Of a stretch of 64,000 nt of DNA, positions 24,099 through 38,793 are shown in pieces. Location of the stretch: contig OZ024763.1 in NCBI GenBank assembly GCA_964016885.1, positions 15,996,001-16,060,000 on the forward strand, given 5' to 3'. The stretch is from Eledone cirrhosa (taxonomy: Eukaryota). Under the pieces are notes generated by a model that made no database searches, was not told where the DNA came from, and was given only the letters and a program-made list of their open reading frames with translations. How positions within the stretch are numbered: position 1 is the stretch's first letter; each line of letters starts with the position of its first letter. The position numbers and the translations under genes are program-made.

Positions 24099-25025
24099 AT
24101 TATCATCATCACCGTTTAACATCAATTTTTCCACGCTAGAATGGGTTAGACGAATTGCCCAGTTGTGAGACAAGCCAGATCCGATGAAATACCGTAGTAG
24201 TAGTATGTAGTAGTAGTAGTAGTGATAATAGTAGTAATAGAAGTAGTAGTGATGGTGGTGGTAGTAGTAGTAATTGAAGTAGTAGTGATGGTGGTGGTAG
24301 TTGTAGTAATAGTAGCAGTAGTAGTATCAACCCATGTTCCTCACTCTCTGTCCCTGCATGTCTACCATTCTCGCTTTAGCTCTTTCTCTCTCACTCTTTC
24401 TCACTTCATCTCTTCACCCCTCTCTCTCTCTTTCGCTTTATCTATCTGTCTATCTATACTTATTTGCCAAAACTCAATTAAAATAATATAATTAATGTTA
24501 TAAAAGAATATTTTTCTAATTAATAACTAATTATTTAATTATTATATAATAATAATAATATAATTATTTATTTATTACGTATCTATTATATGCCTGCTGC
24601 GGTGTTTCCGGTGGCAACATTAAACTGGTGTCGCTAGTGTTTATGTCTTCCTTATGCTGCCATCTAGCGACGGCTTTATAGGAAATAATACTTTAAACAA
24701 GTAGCTAAAAAATATTTAGGTAGAGTCCTATAAACCTTTCGTAAAATCCGTTATATGCACTCTATAGTAAATGATGGCCGCATCCTACGTCTGATAATAT
24801 ATATATATAGATAGATAGATATGTGTATCCCGGGTTTAATAGGGGGTAACCACCGTAAGTAAGGTACTCAATACATAGCAGGGTATACAATTTTTTTAAT
24901 ATAGAAATGGCTTGTGTAATCCCGAAGAAGGGTTAAAGTCCGACACGTTAAACTTTCTTTCCCTCTTGTTCATATAAAGCGCGAAACTAATAAGACTTTT
25001 TGTACCGCTGTTTGTTGTTTCCTTG

Positions 25026-25075
<50 letters not shown>

Positions 25076-25077
25076 AG

Positions 25078-25178
<101 letters not shown>

Positions 25179-25358
25179 GTATATATATATGTATATATAT
25201 ATGTATATATATATGTATATATATATGTATATATATATGTATATGTATATATATATGTATATGTATATATATATGTATATATATATGTATATATATATGT
25301 ATATATATATGTATATATATATGTATATGTATATGTATATGTATATATATGTATATGT

Positions 25359-25432
<74 letters not shown>

Positions 25433-25501
25433 GTATATGTATATATATATGTATGTATATGTATATATATGTATGTATATGTATATATATGTATGTATAT
25501 G

Positions 25502-25536
<35 letters not shown>

Positions 25537-25637
25537 GTATATGTATATATATATGTATATGTATATGTATATGTATATATATATGTATATATATATGTAT
25601 ATATATATGTATATATATATGTATATGTATATATATG

Positions 25638-25674
<37 letters not shown>

Positions 25675-25779
25675 GTATATGTATATATATATGTATAACT
25701 TTGAATAACTTTGAAATGTTTTGGCCAGTATTGGCCCAGGCCATGTCTAACTTAATAGCACCACCTGGCGAAGTCTTTC

Positions 25780-26295
25780 AATTCAGGATTTGGGCACCAT
25801 GGCCCATTCGAGAAGAGAATTACTGTTTGCGGAGACATATCCGGGTGTGGGTGGTTTGTCCGGGATTACTTGGAGGAATTTGTCCAAAGACTTCTTGAAT
25901 TTTGTGTGGTCAGTTTCTGTTTTGACGTGTCCTGGTGTGATGTTGAAGAGAGCAGGGCCGATTGAGGTGAAATAATTGTGCCGTATTGTTGTTATGAGTT
26001 GCGATTTAGATTTTTGAATGGGACGGATAGCACGGGGCCCAAGCCTTGGGTGTATCTTGAAGGCGATGCCAACATCATTTGGGCAGTGATGATGGAACAT
26101 TTTCCACATCATGCAGATAATATAACGCTCACGGCGACGTTGGAGTGAGTAAAGTTTCAGGTTTTCCAATCGACCCCAGTAGTCAAGGTCTGACATGCCA
26201 TCTATCTTTTTCGTGATTGCCCTTTGAGGAGCTTCAAGTTTCATGATACTTTGTTTCGTGTGGGGAGACCACAGTGGACAACAGTATTCAAGGTG
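25780..26295 (-). mobile_element. CR1/L2-group LINE 3' ORF fragment (second family)
   Basis: [39 protein letters not shown]...GPALFN...[17 protein letters not shown]. Confidence 0.85.
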
Positions 26296-26859
26296 TGTAT
26301 ATGTATATATATATATGTATATGTATATATATGTATGTATATGTATATATATATGTGTATATATATATATATGTATGTATATGTATATATATATATATAT
26401 GTATGTATATGTATATATATATGTATATGTATATGTATATGTATATATATATATGTATATGTATATATATATATGTATGTATATATATATATATGTATAT
26501 GTATATATGTATATACATATATAGATATATGAAAAGTATACGGAAAAAACACCGTATGATGGGGTTCAATGAAGATATATTAGTTTCACGCTTAATATAG
26601 TAATAGTCGAAACATTTCGAATGTTAGTCCTTCATCAGAATATAGAATGAGAAATTAAAGCAGAAATAGAAAGGTAGAGGAGAATGAGAGAAGTTAATTA
26701 TTTATTTATAACGCTTTCCCCCAGGTATTTCTTTAATTACAATCCAAGACAGATGTGATTTGAGTGAGATCTAGCTGCCATTTCCAGCGACCACTTATAT
26801 GTACTAGGTTCGACATATGAATAAAAATGGTTGGTTGTTTGTAGAAGATTTTCGTGTAT

Positions 26860-28401
26860 AGAGATAGAAAGACTATGCTTAGAGAGAGGGGGAGGGAAGG
26901 GAGAGAGATGGATAGGGAGAAAGAAAGTATGATAGTGACAGAGAGAGTGATTGATAGAGAAAGATAATGTGAAATAGAGAAAGAGTGTGTGTGTGTATGC
27001 GTGTAATTGAGAGAAAGTGATATATATATATAGAGAGAGAGAGAGAGGGAGGGGTGAGAGAGAGAGAAAGGTAAGAAAGAGAGAGAGACGGAAACAGAGA
27101 GGGGGAGGTAAGAAAGAAAGAGATAGAGAGAGAGAGAGAGAGACAGAGACAGAGAAAGGTAAGAAAGAGAGAGAAAAAAAGATGAGGGAGAGAAAAAGAG
27201 GTCAGTCTGAGAGAAAGAGTGATAAAAGGGTAAGAGAGAGGGAATATAAAATGTTTGTAAACTTGCAGACGACATTTTCTCTCATTGACTTCGTCATCGC
27301 CACCACCAACACCAGAGTGAGAGAGAAAGAGAGGGAGAGAGAGATAGGAAGAGAGAGTAAAAGAGATGGGTAAGAGAGAGAGAGAGAATACAATGTAAGA
27401 GAGGGTATAAGAGGTATTGTAAACGTGCAGACGACATCTTTTTTCGCCGACTTCGTCACCACCACCATCATAGCTGAGAGAAAGAGAGAGAGAGAGAGGA
27501 AGAAACAAACAGACAGAAAGAGAACAATAGAGAAAGTTAGAGAGAAAGTAGTAAAAAGAGGGACAGGGAGAGAGAGAGAGAGGGAGAGAAAAGAAGAAAG
27601 AGTGTAGGAGGTATATAAGTGCAGACGATATTTATTCTCACTGCCTTCGTTATCATAACCACCACCACCACCACCATAGTAGCAATGAGAGAGAGTGAGA
27701 GGTGTGCGAGAGAGAGAGAGAGAAAGAAAGAAAGAGAGAGAGAGAGAGACAGAGAGAGACAGACAGACAGACAGAGTGAGTGAAAGAGAGAGAAGTCTGT
27801 GCGAGTGAGATAGACAGAGAGACAGATAAGAATAAGGAGAAGGTGAGAGAGAAAGTGGTGAGAATAAGAGCGGAGGAAAGGGAGAAAAAAGAAGAAAGAG
27901 TGTAGGAGGTATACATAATCATTGAGAGAGGTGTAAGAGTGGGAGAGTAAAAGATAGAGAAAGAAAGATTGGTAAATAAAGAGAAAGAGAGAGGGGGATT
28001 GAGAGTAATAGAGAGAGAGAGAGAGAGAGAAGTAAGTGAGAGAAAGAAGAGAGAGATAGAGAGGAGTGAGAGAGAGAGATAGAGAGGAGTAAAAGAGAGA
28101 AAGGAGAGAGATAGAGAAAAGGGAGATAGAAAGGAGTAAGAGAGAGAGAGAGAGAAAAAAGGGATAGAGAGAAGTAAGTGAGAGAAAGAGAGATAGAGAG
28201 AAGTAAGTGAGAGAAAGAAGAGAGATAGAGAGAAGTGAGAGAAAGAAAAGAGAGAGAAAGGAGAGATTGAGAGGAGTAAGAGAGAGAAAGGAGAGAGAGA
28301 AAAGAGTATGAGGTATACAGGTGCAGACGATATATATTATTCTCACTGCCTTCGTAACCCTAGCCACCAGCACTAGCACCACCATTACCAGCAGTGAGAG
28401 A

Positions 28402-28452
<51 letters not shown>

Positions 28453-28630
28453 ACCCCTGTTTCTTCATATATATATACATATACTGGCAGAGACAGATAT
28501 ATGGATATGGGTGTATACACCGGCAGAGAGAGAAAGAGAGAGATAGATGCAGGCCATGATAGAGAGGGGGTGACAGGTTAAGAGAGAATGAGAGAGAGGG
28601 ATACAGGTAAAGGGAGAGAGGTGCAAGCAG
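26860..28630. repeat. GA-rich low-complexity tract with five dispersed copies of a conserved island
   Basis: gcagacga..ttt..ctcactgccttcgt..caccacc at about 27265, 27427, 27621, 28323 and 28627. Confidence 0.75.
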
Positions 28631-28654
28631 ACGATGTTTTTTTCTCACTACCTT

Positions 28655-29600
28655 CTCCACCATAGTCACCAAACCCACCCCCTTCACCACCAGCACCAGC
28701 ACCACCAGCACCAGCACCACCATCACCATCATCACCAACAACACTACACCACCATCACCACCACCACCACCACCATCATCACCACCATCACCAACATCAT
28801 CATCATCATCACCAACAACACTACACCACCACAACCACTAGCACCATCACCATCATCACCACCATCACCAACATCACTATCACCATCATCACCACCATCA
28901 CCAACATCATCACCACCATCACCAACATCATCACCAACATCACCATCACCACAAACACAAACACCACCACCATCACCAGCAATGTTACCATATCCACCAA
29001 CGCCACCAGCACCAACAGCAATACCGTGTTACCATAGCCACCAGAAGCAGCCAATAGCAGTAGGAGCAGGCGGAGTAGGCAGAGTTGACAGAGGTAGAAG
29101 TGGTGGAGGAGAAGGCGGAGGAGGAAGCGGAGTAGACAGGTCGAAGAGGAGGAGAAGGTGGTGGTAGAAGCGAAGGCGAAGCAGGCGGAGGAGACGGAGG
29201 TAGAAGTGGAGACGAAGCTGGCGGAGGAGGTGGAAGAAACATAAGAAGAAGAAGGCGGAGCAGGTGGAGGAGACGTAGGTAGAAGAGGAGCTGGTGTAGG
29301 CGGCGGAGGTGGAGCTGGAGGAGACGTAGGTAGAAGAGGAAGCTGGTGTAGGCGGTGGAGGAGACATAGGTAGAAGAGGCGGTGGAGGAGACGTAGGTAG
29401 AAGAGGAAGCTGGTGTAGGCGGTGGAGGAGACGTAGGTAGAAGAGCAGGTGTAGTAGGCGGAGGAGACAGAGGAGGTGGTGCAGTAGGAGTAAGCAGAGA
29501 AGACAGAGGAAGTGGTGCAGTAGGAGTAGGCAGAGCAGAGGGAGGTATGAGAGGAGCAGGCGGAGTAAGTACAAGACGAGGTAGTGGTGGTGGTGGTGTG
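28655..29600. repeat. (CAC/CAT)n tract followed by a degenerate GGA-rich minisatellite; (GATA/GA)n follows at 29740-30740
   Basis: ggaggagacgtaggtagaagagg..gctggtgtaggcggt repeated with indels. Confidence 0.85.
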
Positions 29601-30784
29601 CAGTGAACGTGTGTTTGGATGTTAAGCGACATCAGTTAGCGACTACCATCATCGGCTCGCTCACCGCGCCGTAACCCCTGATCACACTGATTGACTGACG
29701 CCTTACGACACACGGGGTAGGCGGTAGGGGGGGGGGGGGTAGTGAGAGATAGATAGAGAGAGAGAGGGAGTGAGAGTGAGATAGAGATTGGGAGTGAGAG
29801 AGTTAGATAGAGATAGATAGATAGAGTTAGAGATAGATAGATAGATAGATAGAGAGGGAGGGAGTGAGAGAGAGTTAGAGATAGATAGATAGATAGAGAG
29901 GGAGTGAGTGAGAGAGAGTTAGATAGAGAGGGAGTTAGAGATAGATAGATAGAGAGGGAGTTAGAGATAGATAGATAGAGAGGGAGTGAGAGAGAGTTAG
30001 AGATAGTTAGATAGAGAGGGAGTTAGAGATAGATAGAGAGGGAGTGAGAGAGAGTTAGAGATAGATAGATAGAGAGGGAGTGAGAGAGGGTTAGAGATAG
30101 AGTTAGATAGTGAGGGAGTGAGAGAGAGAGTTAGATATAGAGATAGACAGAGAGAGATGGATTGAGAGATAGAGATAGATAGATAGAGAGAGAGTGAGAT
30201 AGAGTTAGATATAGAGATAGATAGAGAGGGAGTGAGAGACAGAGTTAGATATAGAGATAGACAGAGAGAGGGGGAGTGAGAGATAGAGATAGATAGATAG
30301 AGAGGGAGTGAACTAGTGAGGTAGATACCTAGATAGAAAGATAAACAGGTAGTGAGATAGATAGATAGAGATAGATAGAGAGGGAGTGAGAGAGAGAGAG
30401 TTAGATATAGATAAATAGAGAGAGAGAGAGGGGGTGAGAGAGAGAGTTAGAGATAGAGATAGATAGAGAGGGCGTGAGAGATAGAGATAGATAGACAGAG
30501 AGAGAGAGAGGGAGTGAGAGAGAGAGAGGTGGATTTATTTATATATTGAAAGAGAGAGTATGTGAGAGAGATAGAAAGAGAGAGAGAGAGAGAGGGGAGA
30601 GATAGAGAGATAGAGATAGAGAGGGGTTGAGAAATAGATAGATAGATAGATACATAGAGAGAGAGAGGGAGATAGAGAGAGGTGGATTTATATATCGAGA
30701 GAGAGAGAGTGTGTGGGAGAGAGATGGAGAGACAGAGTGTGAGAAAATATTTACTTGTATCCCAACAATTTAAAATAGAACTTT

Positions 30785-30885
<101 letters not shown>

Positions 30886-31038
30886 TGGGTTCAATCGGGG
30901 GTAACCACAGTAAGTAAGGTACTCAATACATAACAAAGTATAAATATTTAATGTAGAAAGGATTCTACAGGACTAGAACTGTTTCATTCGGAAGAAATCA
31001 TCAAGAAGCCTGAAACAGTTATAAGTCCTGTAGAAGCC

Positions 31039-31137
<99 letters not shown>

Positions 31138-31142
31138 ATATA

Positions 31143-31410
31143 TAAGAACAAAAGATGGTTAAAAGAGTTCCATATATTTTATTATGCGCATTTCAAAAAC
31201 AAATATCATCATGCAATAATATTTGTGTTTTCATCAGATAAAACAGGAAGACATGATATGAAGGTTAAAACACACTTGTGAATAGTTCAGTTTTAAATCA
31301 ACATATATTATCAACATATATTATGTATACTCCAGTCCTACAAACTGTAGAGTGCTTCTTATCCGATATCTGCATTGCTTTATTGTACTACAATAAAACT
31401 CACCTCCTAC
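31143..31410 (-). mobile_element. Penelope-like terminus with hammerhead motif, partly inverted relative to 35030-35275
   Basis: 31145-31280 is the reverse complement of about 35045-35185, while 31325-31410 matches 35192-35275 in direct orientation. Confidence 0.7.
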
Positions 31411-32500
31411 ATATAATATATATATATATATATGGCGGTGCCCCAGCATGGCCTCAGCCGGATGGCTGAAACAGGTAAAAGAGTAGAATATATATATATA
31501 TATATATATATATATGGGGAGAGAGGGAGTGAGAAAGAGAAGGGATTAGAGCAAGAATGACACCCGTGCTGATAGGGAACCGGATCAACACCGCATGGAC
31601 CAACATCTGTGACCGACGAAGGCCCCTCGAAGAGATTTTGAAACAATTCCTATAGGAAAATCTGCTTCGTAGAATCAAGACGTACCTGAGGACCTTGCGA
31701 ATTTCAGAGTGAGGTTCGATCATCACATCGATTGTGCCTCGAGCTGGTCGCCAGAGAAACGATTGTAGTATGTCCAATAAATTCCATTCGTCGCAACACT
31801 GATTCTCTTTTTTTCTGTGATATCATACCCTGCTCTATGAGAGCACCGAGTGCTCAAACGGCCTACCGCATACGGACGCTTTAAGCATCCAACACCAATT
31901 ATATATCTAAACAAATAGATAGATAGGTATACAAGTAGATAGATAGACAGATAGATAAATAAAATAGATAGATAGAAAACGGCACACACACACACACATA
32001 CACACATACATACACACACACACACACATACACACATACATACACACACACACACACATACACACATACACACATACATATATGGCGAGAGACACGTAAA
32101 CACGAAAACAAAGATTGATTGATATTTATCAGGAATGTAATAAATAAATAATAACAAATAAATAACAATAATAATATAATATATAATAGTAATAATATAT
32201 TGTTATATGACATTATTTATAGATTTAATATAAAAATGACACTATATGTTTATTCATATATCACAATAAAGCGACTTTTATCATATGTTCGTATTTTTAT
32301 TGAAAATTCTGAACAGTGTTTCACGATTACCTCCCTTACTCCATAACATTTGCATCTGGTTCGACGTTCTGATGTTTTTGTTCTTTTTAAGACAATTAAA
32401 AAAAAATTCATTTGTCTTTATTTTTTTTGTTAATTCATTTAGGTATTTATTGATAGTCTTAAAATATCGCCAGATTGTGAGAACACGAAGAAAATTATAT

Positions 32501-32576
<76 letters not shown>

Positions 32577-32750
32577 GATTTAATATAGAAATTGCTTCGC
32601 CAGGACTAGAACTGTTTCATTCAAAGGAAATTATCAGGAAAGCCATTTCTATAATAAATCTTGTATATACTCTGCTATGTATTGAGTACGTTACTTACTG
32701 TGGTTACCCCATGATTGAACCCGGGAAAAACTTATCTTATATATATAAGT

Positions 32751-33148
32751 GAAGGCGCATGGCTTAGTGGTTAGAGCATTGGGCTTGCAATCGAAAGGTT
32801 GTGATTTCAATTCTCAGACCGGGTGATGTGTTGTTTCCTTGAGCAAGACACTTTATTTCAAATTGCTCCAGTTTACTCAGCTGTAGAAATGAGATGATAG
32901 GACCGGGGTTCCTATCATTCCACCGCAAAGTGGTCGTGGAGGTGCCATGGAAAAAAAAGGACCCAGCACTCACTGTAAATGAGGTTGGTGTTAGGAAGGG
33001 CATCCAGCTGTAGAAATCAAGTCAGAATCAGTTCCCGTATGAGCAAGACAAGGTAAATCAACCGGACACTGCCCACAACAGGACAACCCGTCTAACCCAT
33101 ACTAGCGTGGAAGAACGGACGTAAAACAGTGATTATGATGATGATGAT
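32751..33148 (+). mobile_element. SINE family A with an alternative RTE tail
   Basis: Same head and body as 2089-2443, but the tail is ...acccgtctaacccatactagcgtggaagaacggacgtaaaac.gtgat(gat)n. Confidence 0.88.
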
Positions 33149-33384
33149 ATATATCAGAATGAAGGCAGTAAAAACCAGTTAGACCATTATTCGCCAGAGT
33201 ACTCGATACTTGGGGTAGTAGAGTGGGTAATATAAAAAATTTGTGCTGATAAAATAAAGCACCAGTAATGCACTGGGGTAATTGCTGGCCTATTTCTTTG
33301 CCTATTTATCTACCTATCTATCTAACTATCTAACTATCTAACTATCTACCTATCTATCTATATAACTATCTATCTATCTTCCTT

Positions 33385-34230
33385 TCGGAAGAAGGATCAG
33401 GATGGAGAGAGAGGTGCTGCACCCCAGCCGTTTTTATGAAAGATGGGTGAAAGTGGTGAGAATGGCCCGTGTGAATGGGCCTTCACTCTACATCAGACTG
33501 TAGGTGAGGAAGATGAAAGATCAAGGGAGCACCCTCTCTCTGTGCTCCTGAGGAGAAGGGTAGCACACTTTTTCGGGTGTGTGTGCGACCCCCCAAGGCG
33601 CCTCCTCCCTATTGAGGATTTTGTTATTCAATTTATGTTTGTGATATTTTATATCTTATATTTTTATATTTTGTTATTGCCTCCTCCTTATTGAGGACGC
33701 CTTTTTATGTAAACTCCTCCCATTGTACCTGTCCCACTCTTTGACACGCTGGTGGCAAATAAAAATAAAGTTATCTTTCTTCTGTATGGTGGCTATGGTG
33801 AAGGAGGTAATATGGTGGATGAGATGGAGAGGACTGAGAACAGATGCCTTTCTCTCCGGACAACAGTTCATTCACTTCTTTAGGTACCACTGTAGAAGGA
33901 GAATCAGAGTGGAGAGAGAGGCACTGCACCCCAGTAAATTTACTGAAAGGTGGGTGAATGTGGCGAGAATGGCCCGAGTGATTGGGCCTTCTTTGTATAT
34001 AAACCTGTAGGTTGAGAAAGATAGGAGCACTTGCAAAACATGCTCTTGGAGTTGAGGGTTGTTCTATCTACAGGGTATAAAACAACCCATTTGTAACGCC
34101 TCCCCCCTATTGGAGATTTTGATTGTTGAATTTTTATGTTAAAATTTTTTACACAATTGTATGTAAAATCCCCGCCATATGTCTTTTTATTGTCCCCTTT
34201 CTTGTGCGCCCTTGTGGCAAATAAAGAAAT
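33385..34230 (+). mobile_element. Two tandem 3' fragments of an L1/Tx1-like LINE
   Basis: KEVIWWMRWRGL...RRRIRVEREAL...FTERW resembles Tx1 ORF2 ends. Both copies end gtggcaaataaa and are flanked by (CTAT)n. Confidence 0.6.
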
Positions 34231-34733
34231 CTATTTAGATATCTAACTATCCATCTATCACTCCCCTTCTCTCTCTCCCTCACACTCCCTTTCTCTCTCT
34301 CCCTCACACTCTCTTTCTCTCTGTCTGTTTCCCTGTTTATTTGGAAAATTCTGTCGCTATGTTAATCAAATTCCGAGTTTGACACTTGGCACACAGATAA
34401 ATGAGGGTAGGGTGGTTAAACACCCCCACCCCCCTACCCCCCGCCGGGGGGGACTGTCCCCCTCCCTCTCACAAAGCCTCCTCCCCACCGCCTCTCTCAC
34501 AATGTCATTATTTACAAGATGTGTGTGTTTATGTGTGTTTGTGTGTGTGTGTGTGTGCAAATGTGCGTGTGTGCGTATGTGTGTGTGAGTGTGTTTGTGC
34601 GTGTTGCATGTCTGAGAGTGTATATGTATATAGGTGTCTATAAATGTGTCTGTCTCTTTTGTGCGTTTGTGTGTTTGTATATATATATATATATATGTGT
34701 GTGTGCGTGCGTGCATGCATGGGAATGTGTATG

Positions 34734-34781
<48 letters not shown>

Positions 34782-35081
34782 TGCGTGCATGCATGGGAAT
34801 GTGTATGTATATATATATATATATATATATGTATACGTGTGTGTGCATGTATTCATGTATGTGTGCATATATTATCTATGTGTGTGTGTGTGTGTTTCTG
34901 TCTGGAATGGGGAGTGAGTTTGTGAATGGGTGGTGGTGGTGGTAATGATGATGATGATGATGGCGGTAATGATGGTGATGGCAGTGGTGGTGGTGGAGGT
35001 GGTGGTGGTGATGGATATATATATGTTGATTTGACACTTCACTGCTTACAAGTGTTTTTTAACCTTCATATCATGTCTCCC

Positions 35082-35152
35082 TATTTTATCTGATGAGAAC
35101 GCAAATATCATCCCATGATGATATTTGTTTTTGAAATGCGCATAATAAAATA
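35082..35152 (+). ncRNA. Well-formed type I hammerhead ribozyme motif
   Basis: tattttat-CTGATGA-gaacgcaaatatcatc ccat gatgatatttgttttt-GAAA-tgcgca-TA-ataaaata. Helix I is 8 bp, helix II is at least 11 bp, and helix III is the palindrome atgcgcat. Confidence 0.8.
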
Positions 35153-35274
35153 CATGGAACTCTTTTAACCATCTTTTGATTTTATATTATTTATACTCCA
35201 GTCCTATAAACTGTTGAGTGCTACTTATCCGATATTTGCATTGTTTTATTGTGCTACAATAAAACTCACCTCCT

Positions 35275-35337
<63 letters not shown>

Positions 35338-35449
35338 TACATATACATATATGTAGGAGGTGAGTTTTATTGTATATATATATATATATACACATACATA
35401 TATATAAATATATACCCACAGATATATATGTACACGTATATATATATAT

Positions 35450-36678
35450 CATCATCATCATCATCATCATCATCGTTTAACGTCCATCTTCCACGCTAGC
35501 ATGGGTTTGGACGGGAGTTTTCCCACTTGAGGCAAGAGTGGTTGTCTTGCTCGCATAGGACTGTCTGGCGGGTTTTCTACAGCTGGATGCCCTTCCTAAC
35601 ACCAACCACATTTACAGTGTGGGACTGGGAGGTTTTTACCGTGTTGCCTACACGGCCACATTACAGCGTGGACTATCTGGCGGGTTTTCTACAGCTGGAT
35701 GCCCTTCCTAACACCAACCACATTTACAGTGTGGGACTGGGAGGTTTTTACCGTGTTGCCTACACGGCCACATTACAGCGTGGACTATCTGGCGGGTTTT
35801 CTACAGCTGGATGCCCTTCCTAACACCAACCACATTTACAGTGTGGGACTGGGAGGTTTTTACCGTGTTGCCTACACGGCCACATTACAGCGTGGACTGT
35901 CTGGCGGGTTTTCTACAGCTGGATGCCCTTCCTAACACCAACCACATTTACAGTGTGGGACTGGGAGGTTTTTACCGTGTTGCCTACACGGCCACATTAC
36001 AGCGTGGACTATCTGGCGGGTTTTCTACAGCTGGATGCCCTTCCTAACACCAACCACATTTACAGTGTGGGACTGGGAGGTTTTTACCGTGTTGCCTACA
36101 CGGCCACATTACAGCGTGGACTATCTGGCGGGTTTTCTACAGCTGGATGCCCTTCCTAACACCAACCACATTTACAGTGTGGGACTGGGAGGTTTTTACC
36201 GTGTTGCCTACACGGCCACATTACAGCGTGGACTGTCTGGCGGGTTTTCTACAGCTGGATGCCCTTCCTAACACCAACCACATTTACAGTGTGGGACTGG
36301 GAGGTTTTTACCGTGTTGCCTACACGGCCACATTACAGCGTGGACTGTCTGGCGGGTTTTCTACAGCTGGATGCCCTTCCTAACACCAACCACATTTACA
36401 GTGTGGGACTGGGAGGTTTTTACCGTGTTGCCTACACAGCCACATTACAGCGTTGACTGTGTGTTTTTTTGTCGTGACACCTACACGACCTCATTTGTTT
36501 CGGCCTGGGTGTTGTGGCACCAACATAACTTTACATTGAAAGGGGCGGTGTGGATGGAGTGGGGGTGGTGGGACGAGGGTGTATTTTGTTAGAGATGCCT
36601 ACTGGCTGTAGTAGGTTTTACTTTGTATTTAGGTAAGGCGGGTCTTCTCTATTACTGAGTACCGCCAAAGACCTCGGT

Positions 36679-36680
<2 letters not shown>
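35450..36680 (-). mobile_element. 5'-truncated RTE LINE (ORF end plus 3' UTR) containing an 8 x 112-bp tandem array (35558-36454)
   Basis: 36500-36680 matches window 1-180. Single-unit versions lie at 41143-41550, 44265-44565 and 59845-60052. Confidence 0.9.
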
Positions 36681-36741
<61 letters not shown>

Positions 36742-36943
36742 CATAGGTGTGTTTTTATATTTTTAGGGGTTCTGTGTGTATCTAGGGGCTTTTCACAAGT
36801 TAATTAGGCGTAAACATGTTACATATGAGCACATCTCTCACCAAGGTTAACTTTGCCTTTCATCCTAGTGGGGTTGATAAAATAAAGTACCAGTAATACA
36901 CTGGGTATTTGTGGCCTTGTGCCAAAAGTAGAAACAATTATTT

Positions 36944-37011
<68 letters not shown>

Positions 37012-37136
37012 TTATATATGTATGTATATATATGTATATATATATATGTGTGTGTGTGTATATATATATGTGTGTGTGTGTATAAATATATGTGTGTGTG
37101 TGTATAAATATATGTGTGTGTGTGTATAAATTTATA

Positions 37137-37194
<58 letters not shown>

Positions 37195-37399
37195 TGCACA
37201 TATATATATGTATATGTGTATATGTATGTATGCATATATATATATAAATATATGTATGTATATATATATATATAAATATATGTATGTATATATATATATA
37301 TATGTGTGTGTGAGTACATATATATATATATATAATTGGAAATTTAGTAAAATCGAATCTCTGGCGGTTTGCAAGCAAATTCGGCCTACTTATATGAAA

Positions 37400-37469
<70 letters not shown>

Positions 37470-37507
37470 ATGGTGTGTACATAAATCATTGGGTTGTTTT
37501 TACAAAC

Positions 37508-37585
<78 letters not shown>

Positions 37586-37847
37586 CATATATTGTGTGCA
37601 GTTCAGTGATATAAACAGATTAAAAAGAATGTAAATATAGGGGAATTAAAACTAACGACAAAAATAATATAAACGCATACAGCACACACACACCACACAT
37701 ACATACACACATATATACACACATATATACATGTATATATGTGGGGAGTGGAGTGGCATTATATATATATGTATATATGCGTGTATATATAATATATATA
37801 TACACACACATGGGGGAAGGGAGAGGCCCTCATATATATGTAAATAA

Positions 37848-37890
<43 letters not shown>

Positions 37891-37909
37891 CATATACACA
37901 CACACAAAC

Positions 37910-37968
<59 letters not shown>

Positions 37969-38057
37969 CACACACACAAACATATATAAATATATATAAT
38001 ATATACATACACACAAACATATATATATATATATATATACATATATAGATACACACA

Positions 38058-38097
<40 letters not shown>

Positions 38098-38117
38098 TGT
38101 GTGTATGTATATGTATA

Positions 38118-38165
<48 letters not shown>

Positions 38166-38202
38166 CATATATATACATATATACATATATATATACATAT
38201 AT

Positions 38203-38237
<35 letters not shown>

Positions 38238-38292
38238 CATATATATACATATACATACACACAAACATATATATATATATATATATATATAA

Positions 38293-38367
<75 letters not shown>

Positions 38368-38370
38368 AAT

Positions 38371-38409
<39 letters not shown>

Positions 38410-38556
38410 AATATAAATATACATATATATATATATATACATAAATATACATATATATATATATATATAAATATACATATATATATATATATATATATAC
38501 ATACATATACACACACACAAACATATAAATATATATATATATATACATACATATAC

Positions 38557-38591
<35 letters not shown>

Positions 38592-38657
38592 CATATATAT
38601 ACATATATATATACATATATATATATACACACAAACATATATATATATACATATACT

Positions 38658-38697
<40 letters not shown>

Positions 38698-38721
38698 AAC
38701 ATATATATATATACATATACT

Positions 38722-38793
<72 letters not shown>

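Noticed and set aside
24655-24675. CTCF-like motifs (tgccatctagcg; also caccacctggcg at about 25760)
   Set aside because: Short partial matches expected by chance, with no supporting evidence.
28985-29632. Extensin/mucin-like Pro-rich ORF on the minus strand
   Set aside because: The same peptide motifs appear in different frames, which indicates a degenerate DNA repeat; no splice or domain support. Not fully excluded.
32751-32825. tRNA genes at SINE heads
   Set aside because: A/B boxes are present, but there is no complete cloverleaf and each continues into SINE body and tail.
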